The notes below the pieces were generated by a model. The model was given only the letters and a program-made list of their open reading frames with translations. It was not told the DNA's origin and did no database searches. This document shows, in pieces, positions 40,784-49,543 of a stretch of DNA of 64,000 nucleotides (position 1 is its first letter; every line of letters begins with the position of its first letter). The DNA is taken from NCBI GenBank assembly GCA_030550585.1, contig JAUQPB010000001.1, positions 128,001-192,000 of the forward strand. The letters are read 5' to 3'. The position numbers and the translations under genes are program-made. This DNA is from Thermoproteota archaeon (GTDB taxonomy: Archaea; Thermoproteota; Thermoprotei_A; Sulfolobales; Ignisphaeraceae).

Positions 40784-41851
40784 GTGACTAAAATGAACAG
40801 AGACGTAAACACAGAGAAAAACCCGTATTTTGTAGAAAAACTGAAGACATTTGAAATTAGGAGTAGAAGTGTCAAGGAGCTACTAAGAGATATGGCAAAT
40901 ACAGCATATCAGGGTAGGGCGCTGGGAGAGGTATACGAAATAATAGTTGATATGATTAGAGATCCAGATAACACCATATTTCTAGGGCTGGCAGGCTCTA
41001 TGAGCACAGCTGGAATGTGGAAGATAATCAAATGGCTTGTTGAGAAAAGATATGTCGATGTTGTTGTCTCTACCGGTGCAAACATATCTGAGGATATCTA
41101 CGAGGCTATGGGCTTTAGCTACTACAAAGGCTCTCCCAATGTAGATGATGCAGACCTCCTAAGGTATAAAATAGATAGGTTCTACGACGTCTTTGCAAGT
41201 GAGATTGACTATAGAAAGATGGAGAATCTCATAAAGGAGTTCATATACACCCTGCCAAAGGGATCTCAATACTCAACAGCAGAGTTTCTACACCTATTCG
41301 GCAAATACCTAAATGAGAAAGGGATAGACTGCATAGTATCAGCTGCATATAGAGCTGGCGTCCCAGTTTTCTCGCCAGCTCTAGTAGATAGTGGTTATGG
41401 GGTTGCAGCTGTTTTGGCCGTAAGGGAGAGAGGACATAATATAGTTCTCGACATGGTGAAAGACTTCAACCAAATTGTTGAGATTGGTAGAAGAGCCAAA
41501 AAGATGTCTGCTATATACATAGGTGGTGGGGTTCCAAAGGATTATGTAAATCTGGTGACCGTTATGCAAACACTTATAGATTATATGGAGAAGGGTGAGG
41601 AAACGTACAAGTCATTAGAATACGTAGTTCAAATAACCATGGACGCCCCTCAGTGGGGTGGGCTTTCAGGAGCCACTTTAGAAGAGGCTGTTAGCTGGGG
41701 TAAGGTATCGCCAAAAGCCAAGAAAAGGGTTGTATATGTTGATGCTACAATAGCTCTTCCGCTAATAGCCCAAGCCTTGTACGAGGAGGACATAGAGAGG
41801 AAAAACGCTCCGAACTTCGAATGGCTTTTCAAGAGCGTCAGCATTTCATAA
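40784..41851 (+). CDS. dys: Deoxyhypusine synthase
   Basis: VSTGAN, IGGGVPK, GGLSGATLEEAVSWGK (active Lys), DATIALP. Confidence 0.9.
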   Translation: MTKMNRDVNTEKNPYFVEKLKTFEIRSRSVKELLRDMANTAYQGRALGEVYEIIVDMIRDPDNTIFLGLAGSMSTAGMWKIIKWLVEKRYVDVVVSTGANISEDIYEAMGFSYYKGSPNVDDADLLRYKIDRFYDVFASEIDYRKMENLIKEFIYTLPKGSQYSTAEFLHLFGKYLNEKGIDCIVSAAYRAGVPVFSPALVDSGYGVAAVLAVRERGHNIVLDMVKDFNQIVEIGRRAKKMSAIYIGGGVPKDYVNLVTVMQTLIDYMEKGEETYKSLEYVVQITMDAPQWGGLSGATLEEAVSWGKVSPKAKKRVVYVDATIALPLIAQALYEEDIERKNAPNFEWLFKSVSIS

Positions 41852-41905
41852 ACTTATATCTTGGTGTCCAAGTGAAAACATTTTTGAAACCGGTGCAGTT
41901 TTTCG

Positions 41906-42622
41906 ATGTCAGAAAAAAGTGAGAGAAGCTTAGGCTATGAAGAGAAACTGGCAATAGTAAAGATTCTCAAGGCTTTAAACAAATTCTACAGCTTAAGGGA
42001 TCTTGAACAGATATTCGATGTTCCATTTCAGAGTCTGTGGAAATATGTAAATCTGATAGGGCTGCCTAGCGAAGAGGTTGTTGAAAACATCCATACCAAG
42101 TTGGTACATCTTAAAATAGCTGATGAAATTCTGCTCAACGAGGCGAAGAAGCTTAGAGCAAGCCCCTACATGCTTGCTATAAACACTGGTTTCCTAGAAC
42201 TCTATGTCCTGAAAATAGTAGAGGCTTTGAAGAATAGCGATATAGATATTGTGGTTTCGTTATCACAAGAAGCCTCGAACCTTGCAACACTATTAAGCAT
42301 TGAAATTGGTGCTGATCTATGCACACCACTACCCAACGAAAATTTGAATCCTGAGTTTGTAAAGGTTATCACATACTATTCCGATATACATAAAAAAATG
42401 GAGATGTTGATATACCCAAAACACTGTATAAAGGAAGATAAGAATGTGTTTCTATCAGACTTAACTCTTACAGATTTAGACAAATTCGAAGCTATTAATG
42501 CATTTATTAAATCGCGAAATAGCAGGGTTCTAGGCATATCCACAGTCTATATATCGAAGAATGTTCTCGACAAAATATCTTCACACGACATAAAAATTGT
42601 TTATTATATAGATGTTCTATAG
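41906..42622 (+). CDS. HTH plus degenerate phosphoribosyltransferase-fold protein
   Basis: N-terminal HTH (YSLRDLEQIFDVPFQSLWKYV), PRT-like body with eroded PRPP loop VFLSDLTLTD. Confidence 0.65.
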   Translation: MSEKSERSLGYEEKLAIVKILKALNKFYSLRDLEQIFDVPFQSLWKYVNLIGLPSEEVVENIHTKLVHLKIADEILLNEAKKLRASPYMLAINTGFLELYVLKIVEALKNSDIDIVVSLSQEASNLATLLSIEIGADLCTPLPNENLNPEFVKVITYYSDIHKKMEMLIYPKHCIKEDKNVFLSDLTLTDLDKFEAINAFIKSRNSRVLGISTVYISKNVLDKISSHDIKIVYYIDVL

Positions 42623-42734
42623 AGCTCAACTACGCAGAAACTATTTTATCACACTAGGTGGGTGTATTAGCAGTCTATGCTACAAAAATTTAAGTTTCCA
42701 ACATATATGTGAATAGTTAACTGGGTGATATAAC

Positions 42735-42794
42735 ATGTCGAAGAAGCCTGAGAAGAAAGAAGAGAAAAAAGAGGCAAAGAAAGGCAAGAAGTAG
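42735..42794 (+). CDS. 19-aa Lys/Glu-rich micro-protein MSKKPEKKEEKKEAKKGKK
   Basis: ATG..TAG ORF with GGGTGA SD at 42723-42728, BRE/TATA-like AAAAATTTAAG at about 42684-42694 and a T-rich terminator downstream. Confidence 0.7.
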   Translation: MSKKPEKKEEKKEAKKGKK

Positions 42795-42820
42795 CTACAT
42801 GCTTTGAAATCATATTCAAA

Positions 42821-42839
42821 TTCTTTTTCTTTTTTATTT
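42821..42839 (+). terminator. Oligo-T archaeal terminator
   Basis: TTCTTTTTCTTTTTTATTT after the micro-ORF, preceded by a TTTGAA-N6-TTCAAA inverted repeat. Confidence 0.55.
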
Positions 42840-42843
42840 GCCT

Positions 42844-43245
42844 TTATTGGTTCTCTTCCTGAAGCTCGATAAGCGGATCGCCAACATTTACAAAAGACCC
42901 TTTCGAAGTAAAAATCCTTCTGACAACACCTTTCCTAGGTGAAACAACTTCTATCTCCATCTTCATGGACTCTAGCACTGCTATAACATCACCTTCCTTG
43001 ACATAGTCCCCCTCTTTAACAAATATGTCTACAACTTTTCCAGGAATTTCAGCTGATATAAGGAATCCGGCCGGCTTTTGAATTGTTTTGGGAGGTGTGC
43101 TAGATATTGTATAGCTTTTTCTCGCTACCTCCACTATATATTCTCTATCATCGATTCGAATCCTATAAACATTTTCTTTCTCTATTGAGACTTGTAGCTC
43201 TATCTCCTTATCCCCATCTCTCACTACTATCTTCTGCCATTGCAT
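42844..43245 (-). CDS. Biotin carboxyl carrier protein
   Basis: IPGKVV, V.EGD, LESMKME biotinylation motif, VGDPL. Confidence 0.92.
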   Translation of the reverse strand: MQWQKIVVRDGDKEIELQVSIEKENVYRIRIDDREYIVEVARKSYTISSTPPKTIQKPAGFLISAEIPGKVVDIFVKEGDYVKEGDVIAVLESMKMEIEVVSPRKGVVRRIFTSKGSFVNVGDPLIELQEENQ

Positions 43246-43274
43246 AATTTATCAATCCTTATTTAGGTGTTGAG

Positions 43275-43291
43275 GCGATAAATAAGAGTTA
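43275..43291 (-). promoter_or_regulatory. TATA-containing promoter element of the biotin carrier gene
   Basis: GCGATAAATAAGAGTTA (+), about 30 nt before the start; near-identical to 39035-39051. Confidence 0.6.
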
Positions 43292-43429
43292 TGCTGTCTC
43301 GGTTTGCAGTATCTATAATTTTTGAGCATGTATCTCATGTATCTCTAGAAACATTTTTAAGATTTGTTGTATATGTCAGCAATTTTATATAATGATATTT
43401 TAATAATCTAAAAATGCTGGGGCTATACG

Positions 43430-44995
43430 GTGAGAAGAGTGCTAGACATTGCGGTATTGCCGGATTCGCCAATATATGTTTATGGCGATTCTGCAAAAGT
43501 TGATGTGGTTTTGCATAGCGATACTACTTGTACAGAATTTGATGTGGTTTTTGAAGCGACAGCTATTTTTTCAAGAGGTGAGAAGAGAGTCTATTATGAG
43601 TCTAAGACTTTGAAGGGAGGTGCTGAGCTCTCTATACAATTCATTTTCGAAATTCCTGCTGTGGACTCGCCAGAAGCTGTTCTAAGGTTGTCGGCAAGGG
43701 CTAGAGGATGTGGTGAAGAGTCTTTTGAAAAAGTTGAGCTACCTGTATATGGAGCTGCTAAAAATCTTGTGAACCTGGTTATTGTTTGGCACAATCACCA
43801 GCCACCTAATTATCTACCCAACAAAACGTATTTTGCAGACTATCCATTCAAATGGGTTTGGTACAACCTGTTCGAGCCTTATGCTATTGGAGGGCCCTAC
43901 TACATACATGCTAAAGTCTATGAAATGTTTCCAAAGGTTAAAACAACAGTTCATCTCTCTCCAAGCCTCTTGATCCAGTGGAGAGAGGCTATTGAAAAAG
44001 GATATGTTTTGGAGAGTGGGGAGAAGGTTCTGCCAGGCGATAAAAGAATTGATATGGTAAAAGAGGCTCTGGAAATATATAAGAGGCTTGCGAATCAAGG
44101 TACCATAGAGATTCTGACATCTGTCTATGCCCATACAATACTTGGCTATATCATATACAGATTTGATATGGAAGAGGTTGTTAAAGACGAACTCAGACTG
44201 GGAATAGAGATAACAAAAGAGGTTATGGATATTGAGCCACATGGTGTTTGGACACCTGAAATGGCCTGGCATAACAGGCTTGGCACAATCTATGCCGATC
44301 TAGGGATAGACTACACTGTTTTGTGTGGAAAAAGCCATTTCCCCAAGGCGATCGGGGATAAGGCAACTATATATGAGCCATACGAATTCGTTGATGGGAA
44401 TGGTAAAAGAATTAGAATCCTATTTAGGGATCAGCCAATCAGTGATTTGATAGGTTTTAGAAACAATTTTGTCAATAGAGTTGAGGCTCTAAAAGCGGCT
44501 CTCGACACCATATTAAATGTTGTTAGTAGAAGGGGTTTTGTGACAATTGCTTTGGACGGGGAAAACTGGATGATATTCTCAAAGTATCCCAAGAATACAT
44601 ATCCCTTCTTCATAAACTTCTACAGATATGTTAGTGTGCTACAGGAAAAAGGATTTTTAAAGAGTATGACAGGCTATGAAGCTGTGAAAACTTGTGGTGA
44701 AGGTTGTAGAAAAATTGTTTACATACCAACAAATTCATGGGTAAACGGTTTTCATAAATGGGATGGGGAGTTGAACGAGCAGAAATATATGTGGTTTGAA
44801 ATTGAAAAAGCATATCGCAGGCTCAGACTATATAGGTACATAGTTGGAGATTCTCAAGATATTAGAGCGGCCTACTGGGCTTTGTACCATGCTATAGATA
44901 GTGACTATTGGTGGACAGAGTTCTGGAACCCGAGGGTGATAAAGACTTGGCTTGTAGAGGTTCATAGAATACTTGATAACATCAAGTTTTCATAG
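43430..44995 (+). CDS. GH57 amylopullulanase-like protein
   Basis: WHNHQP, HLSPSL, YAHTI, WTPEMAW, ALDGENW, DSDYWW. Confidence 0.9.
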   Translation: MRRVLDIAVLPDSPIYVYGDSAKVDVVLHSDTTCTEFDVVFEATAIFSRGEKRVYYESKTLKGGAELSIQFIFEIPAVDSPEAVLRLSARARGCGEESFEKVELPVYGAAKNLVNLVIVWHNHQPPNYLPNKTYFADYPFKWVWYNLFEPYAIGGPYYIHAKVYEMFPKVKTTVHLSPSLLIQWREAIEKGYVLESGEKVLPGDKRIDMVKEALEIYKRLANQGTIEILTSVYAHTILGYIIYRFDMEEVVKDELRLGIEITKEVMDIEPHGVWTPEMAWHNRLGTIYADLGIDYTVLCGKSHFPKAIGDKATIYEPYEFVDGNGKRIRILFRDQPISDLIGFRNNFVNRVEALKAALDTILNVVSRRGFVTIALDGENWMIFSKYPKNTYPFFINFYRYVSVLQEKGFLKSMTGYEAVKTCGEGCRKIVYIPTNSWVNGFHKWDGELNEQKYMWFEIEKAYRRLRLYRYIVGDSQDIRAAYWALYHAIDSDYWWTEFWNPRVIKTWLVEVHRILDNIKFS

Positions 44996-44998
44996 CCA

Positions 44999-46231
44999 TT
45001 ATCTAATTATCATGTTTTCGATGTACACACCGCTTGGAATCTCTCTATGGGGCCACACCTTCACATTTCTAAGCGTTGCTCCATCGCCTATAACAGTGTC
45101 GTCTCCTATTACAGAGTTCTCTATTCTTACATTCTTTCCTATTTTTACATGCCTGCCAATAATGCTATGCTCAATGGTTGTTCCAGAGTCTATTCTGCAT
45201 CTATCCATCACAACACTATAGTTTATTGTGACATTATTGTTGACAACAGTGTAATTGTCTATCACGCTATTCGCTAATGAAATACCTTTTCCTATCTTGA
45301 CGTGCCGACCAATCAAGTTCTCCCCATCCACTTTTATCTCTCCTTTTGATATACTTTGGAGTATCTCTTTATGTAGTTCTTGGGATTCCCTGCTTTTTCC
45401 CTGAACCTTAACGCCTCGTATCAACGTTTTTGCCTCTAGCTCCTCGGGGGGTAGATGCCTAAGCATATAGAAAACTGCTGCTAGATACCTTTCAGGAGTT
45501 CCTATATCGAACCAATAGCCCGTTAGCTCATAGGCGTATACAGGTAGCCCACTCTCTATTGCAAGCGGTATTATATGCTGTCCAAAGTCCATCATACCCC
45601 TTTCTCTATACTCCACAGCCTTTGGCGATGATATAAACTCTCTAAACTCTTTTGACAGTAGATATATACCCGTATTCACATATCTGCTCGGAGCCTCTTC
45701 AACTGATCTCGGCTTCTCAACAAATCTCCTCACCCTCCAATCCTTGTCAATGTCTGCAACTCCAAACTGCCTAATGTCCCTGTCTTCCTCGATAAGCTTA
45801 ACAGCTATGGTCATAAAAGCCTCTTTACTTTTATGCATAGAATAGAAGCTTTTCAAATCTATATCGAATAGCAGATCCCCTTGAGCAACAAGAACATCCT
45901 CTCTAATATCGTAGTACTCCATGATAATCCTAACACTATCAGCATTACCAACACTATCCTCATTAGGCTGATACCTAATCCTAACATCGGGAAAACCATA
46001 CTTAAGCCTAATCTTCAGACCCTCCCCAAAGTAATCATAGACCTCCTTATAATTGAAATACCCGCTCACACCCATGTAGAACTCCGTAACACCCTGACTA
46101 GCAAGCTTAACAATAACAAACTCTATCAAAGGCCTGTTAAGAAATCTAACAACAGCTTTCGAAGTCTCAACGGTTAACGGATACAGCCTGGTACCCAAAC
46201 CACCAAGAGGAAAAATAGCCTTTCTAAGCAT
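44999..46231 (-). CDS. NDP-sugar synthase (sugar-1-phosphate nucleotidyltransferase with left-handed beta-helix)
   Basis: GGLGTRLYPLT, QGD, FVEKP, NTGIY, DFG, WFDIGTP, hexapeptide repeats; start trimmed to ATG 46231. Confidence 0.9.
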   Translation of the reverse strand: MLRKAIFPLGGLGTRLYPLTVETSKAVVRFLNRPLIEFVIVKLASQGVTEFYMGVSGYFNYKEVYDYFGEGLKIRLKYGFPDVRIRYQPNEDSVGNADSVRIIMEYYDIREDVLVAQGDLLFDIDLKSFYSMHKSKEAFMTIAVKLIEEDRDIRQFGVADIDKDWRVRRFVEKPRSVEEAPSRYVNTGIYLLSKEFREFISSPKAVEYRERGMMDFGQHIIPLAIESGLPVYAYELTGYWFDIGTPERYLAAVFYMLRHLPPEELEAKTLIRGVKVQGKSRESQELHKEILQSISKGEIKVDGENLIGRHVKIGKGISLANSVIDNYTVVNNNVTINYSVVMDRCRIDSGTTIEHSIIGRHVKIGKNVRIENSVIGDDTVIGDGATLRNVKVWPHREIPSGVYIENMIIR

Positions 46232-46350
46232 ACACCCACCAAACATAATATGTTCTAACAAAAATAATAAACATTTGCGTCAAAAAATGTAAAATGCGAT
46301 TGATGCAAATTAAAACTGGACATAACACCAAATAACACTACCCCAAAGGA

Positions 46351-46398
46351 TCAGACTCGGGTTCTCACATCACAAATCCGACGCGGACCTCTCATCAT
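46351..46398 (-). ncRNA. Box C/D guide sRNA
   Basis: Minus strand: ATGATGA-GAGGTCCGCGT-CGGA-TTT-GTGATGT-GAGAACCCGAGT-CTGA; GC-rich guides in an AT-rich intergenic gap. Confidence 0.8.
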
Positions 46399-46574
46399 CG
46401 AAGTGATATTATGCAGCAAAAAGTAAAAAGCTTGCATAAAAAAGACAAAGATCAGTTCTACAGCACAACTATGAAAGTCTCCAGCCTATAAAGTAGGATT
46501 GTTCCACAATAATATCGTGAGGAAAATTTTGTATGCAGTTGTCTTACTGCTTTTCTTCTCTGGCCTGCCACTAA

Positions 46575-47018
46575 CTAGGCTTTGTGTGAAGCCTTCTTGG
46601 CTTTGGCTATAGAGCCTAGGTTAAGCCTTTTACCATTTTTGAATACTATATATTCTCCAGCCTCTGCAACCTCTTCTAGAAGTTTTTCAACAATGTTCTC
46701 TATGTTGATTTCATCGTATAGAGATCTATAGCCTGCAATAAGACCTGCCACAACTGTGCCGGCCCTTGCATTGTCTTTGAGCATGTCGGTGTCCATTACC
46801 ACAATGTCCACGGGTTTGTTCATGTATATGGGTCTTAGGCGCTTGGCTATCTCCAGTTCTAGAAGCTGCTTCTCTTTGATGTCCCCTATCCTGTCCACAA
46901 CAACGAGTATGTCTATGTCTCTACTCTTTAAAGGGTTGTAGATACTGCTACCAAAAATGATGACAGCCTTCATCTTCTTGCCGAAAACATTCAAAACATC
47001 TCTAACTCTGGATAACAC
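46575..47018 (-). CDS. Minimal nucleotidyltransferase (MNT)
   Basis: FGSS-x8-DIDILVV and VDIVV. Confidence 0.88.
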   Translation of the reverse strand: MLSRVRDVLNVFGKKMKAVIIFGSSIYNPLKSRDIDILVVVDRIGDIKEKQLLELEIAKRLRPIYMNKPVDIVVMDTDMLKDNARAGTVVAGLIAGYRSLYDEINIENIVEKLLEEVAEAGEYIVFKNGKRLNLGSIAKAKKASHKA

Positions 47019-47439
47019 CTCTTCGTCTAAGATACTCTTTCACCACATCCAAAGCTTTTCTAGCCAGCTCAACACCCTTCAAAGCTGTCTCCATGTCTAT
47101 GACATCCTCAGGTCCCAGAACATTTCCTCTTAGAACAAATGGATATCTAGACCTCGTATAATACTCTGTTAAAAACTCGAGAGCTTCGACAATCACGTTG
47201 TACCCCTCCACCCACTCTTTCTCAAAAGCCTCAACAAAAATGCCTACAAGCTCGGGGCCATGATTATAAACAACCTTCTTTCTTGTTTCAAGCATCGCTT
47301 TAACAGCTTTTTCAACACTTTGCTGCGCATAGAAAACGGCTTGGGGATAGTCATTAAATCTAAGAGCTCTCTCAGCCCTTTCAAGATCTTTCACAGCTTC
47401 CTCAAAATACTTTCTAGCGAATTTCTCAAATAGGCTCAT
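47002..47439 (-). CDS. HEPN domain protein
   Basis: DL..A, FYAQQSVEKAVKA, H, YTRSRYP; overlaps the MNT gene. Confidence 0.88.
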   Translation of the reverse strand: MSLFEKFARKYFEEAVKDLERAERALRFNDYPQAVFYAQQSVEKAVKAMLETRKKVVYNHGPELVGIFVEAFEKEWVEGYNVIVEALEFLTEYYTRSRYPFVLRGNVLGPEDVIDMETALKGVELARKALDVVKEYLRRRGVIQS

Positions 47440-47551
47440 AGCCTTTTCAATTCCCTTACAAACTCTTGTCAGCTATAAAAGCTTACAACACTCTTTGTAC
47501 AATTCAGACAACTCTAAACAATTTTAGTAACAATAAGAATAGAAACTCGGA

Positions 47552-48000
47552 AACATAGTAACAGAACTAGCTGATGGGTATGACTCGGTTATTGTGTTTG
47601 AGAACTTGAAGAATGTTAGAGAGAATGCTAAGAAGAGCAGAAGCTTCAACAAGAGGGTGCCCCTCTGGTTCTACAGGAGAATACAATTCGCATTTAGAGT
47701 ATAAGGCTCTTGAGAAAGGTTTAGAGGCAGTTCATGCAAGCCCTAGGAAAACCTCATCGAGATGTCCAAGATGTAGAAGCAGCTAATTGAAGCTGAACAC
47801 AGAATTCTGAAGTGCAAGAAGTGTGGCTTCATAGGAGACAGAGACGTTATAGCATGCATAAACCTATTCACTAGATACTCAAGATGTGGGGTGCCCCTGA
47901 ACGCCCCCAAGCCCGATGCAACCCCAAGAAGGGATGCAGGGGGACAAAAATGAGGGGATGACACCAATTAACATCAACCCATATTAGACCTGAACCCCAC
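47552..48000 (+). pseudogene. tnpB: IS200/IS605 tnpB remnant (RuvC-II, Zn ribbon, RuvC-III, 3' tail)
   Basis: Manual translation across two frameshifts: VIVFENL..WFYRRIQF / EYKA..TSSRCPRC / LKCKKCGFIGDRDVIACINL; 5' half missing. Confidence 0.88.
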
Positions 48001-48002
48001 GC

Positions 48003-49376
48003 TCATCTCTGCTGTTCTATTGCACTCTTTATCTCTTCGAGGTTCAATATCTCGTTGAATATATCCCTTAGAATGGCGGCTTTCTCTTTTAGCTCTCTCC
48101 TTACATATAGCCTGATTAGCACTGCGAACCTTGGTATGTTGAACCATGTGAAGTCGAATATGCTTTTCTTTGTTATTTGCCCTCCTTCAAACATGACCAT
48201 TACGTCTTCTGATCCGAGCATCGGATTTAGAGATAGCTTGGGTGTGTCTATAAAGAAGTGTTTGTTCTTCTCTATTTCTATGCCTCTGCCCCTCGCCTTC
48301 TCCTCTAATATCGTCTCTATAACGCTCTTTCCCTTGTCCATGTTTTCCACAAGTTCCACGGCATTCTTAGTGTTTGACAGGGGTATTCTATGCTCTGCTA
48401 CTACTTTGTATGGGATTTTCCTTGAGAGGAAGTCCCTCACCTCTTCTAGACTGAATACAGCTGGGTTATACAGAATGCTCTCGTCGTTTAGTTTTATGTA
48501 TTCGCTAACATCTTTTATAGCGCCGTCAAAGTCTATTATCTTTCTATCCTGGATAATTTGCATGATGTTCCCTAGAAACCTGTTTGCAGCTCTAACGGTT
48601 TTGTGGTAGTAGACTGTGGAAAACATGTATACTCTTGTAAGCATTAGAAGCTCGACGGCGTCAAGAGCTCTATAGTCTATTACCACATCGTCTCCTCGGA
48701 TACCCAGGTAATAGGATATTCTTTGCCAGTCTATGTTCCCACCATATCTAGCGCCAGTGTAGTAGGAGTCCCTCAGGAGATAGTCTATGATATCTGCACT
48801 ATATGCACCCTTCAACATGTAGAACAAAGCCTTTTCAGAGCCAGCATCATATATGCTCTCTTTAAAGGGCCAGCAATCCCTATTCTCACATTTCAACGCT
48901 GTTGCAACATCGCTTAGCTTGTATCCATACTCAGAAGCAATTCTCTCTATAGCCGATGCTACCTGCGACTCCTGCAGAACTATCTTCGCTCCCATATCCT
49001 CATGCGTCACTCCTCTAGAGAATAAGACGAACTCTTCGAAAGAATGGCTGTAGGGGCCATGCCCAATGTCGTGCAATATTGCTAGAAGCCTCATCATAAC
49101 AATGTACCTCTTCAAATCGCTTCGACCAACTCTATACTTTCTCATAACATCTCTAACGAGAGCCTCAATAACATGTGCCACCCCAAGACTGTGGCTAAAC
49201 CTTGTATGGGTTGCACCAGGGTAGACAAAATCGGCAACTGAAAGCTGTTTTATCTTCCTAAGCCTTTGATATGCAAAGACATCGATAATGCTAAGCTCGT
49301 GCTCGTAAATCCTTATATATCCGTGTACAGGGTCTTTAACTATCTTATATTTTCCGAGATCCATGTGCATGTACAC
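48003..49376 (-). CDS. HD-domain dNTP triphosphohydrolase-like protein (COG1078)
   Basis: DPVHG, QRLR.IKQL, YPGATHTRFSHSLG, HDIGHGPYSH, DIIDYLLRD, VYYHKT. Confidence 0.9.
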   Translation of the reverse strand: MYMHMDLGKYKIVKDPVHGYIRIYEHELSIIDVFAYQRLRKIKQLSVADFVYPGATHTRFSHSLGVAHVIEALVRDVMRKYRVGRSDLKRYIVMMRLLAILHDIGHGPYSHSFEEFVLFSRGVTHEDMGAKIVLQESQVASAIERIASEYGYKLSDVATALKCENRDCWPFKESIYDAGSEKALFYMLKGAYSADIIDYLLRDSYYTGARYGGNIDWQRISYYLGIRGDDVVIDYRALDAVELLMLTRVYMFSTVYYHKTVRAANRFLGNIMQIIQDRKIIDFDGAIKDVSEYIKLNDESILYNPAVFSLEEVRDFLSRKIPYKVVAEHRIPLSNTKNAVELVENMDKGKSVIETILEEKARGRGIEIEKNKHFFIDTPKLSLNPMLGSEDVMVMFEGGQITKKSIFDFTWFNIPRFAVLIRLYVRRELKEKAAILRDIFNEILNLEEIKSAIEQQR

Positions 49377-49543
49377 ATACCTTCAACGCCAATGCCACGC
49401 TAGATTTTGCGTTAAAGCAATTAATACACTTATATGAAGAACCCTAAAAATAATGCAATATTGCATCGTTAAGTGCTTTGGGTTTTTGCATAATGTATGT
49501 AAAGTGTTTGACAGTCTCTGGTAGGGGTCGCCACAAATTATAT

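Noticed and set aside
40729-40790. ATGATGA as the C box of a further C/D sRNA
   Set aside because: No CTGA D box at a suitable distance; the stretch contains the TATA box of dys
42647-42663. TATCAC-N5-GTG resembling a TrmB/TGM operator
   Set aside because: The right half-site is incomplete (GTGGGT) and the adjacent gene is not glycolytic
47743-47967. 74-aa minus-strand ORF
   Set aside because: Antisense shadow of the tnpB remnant
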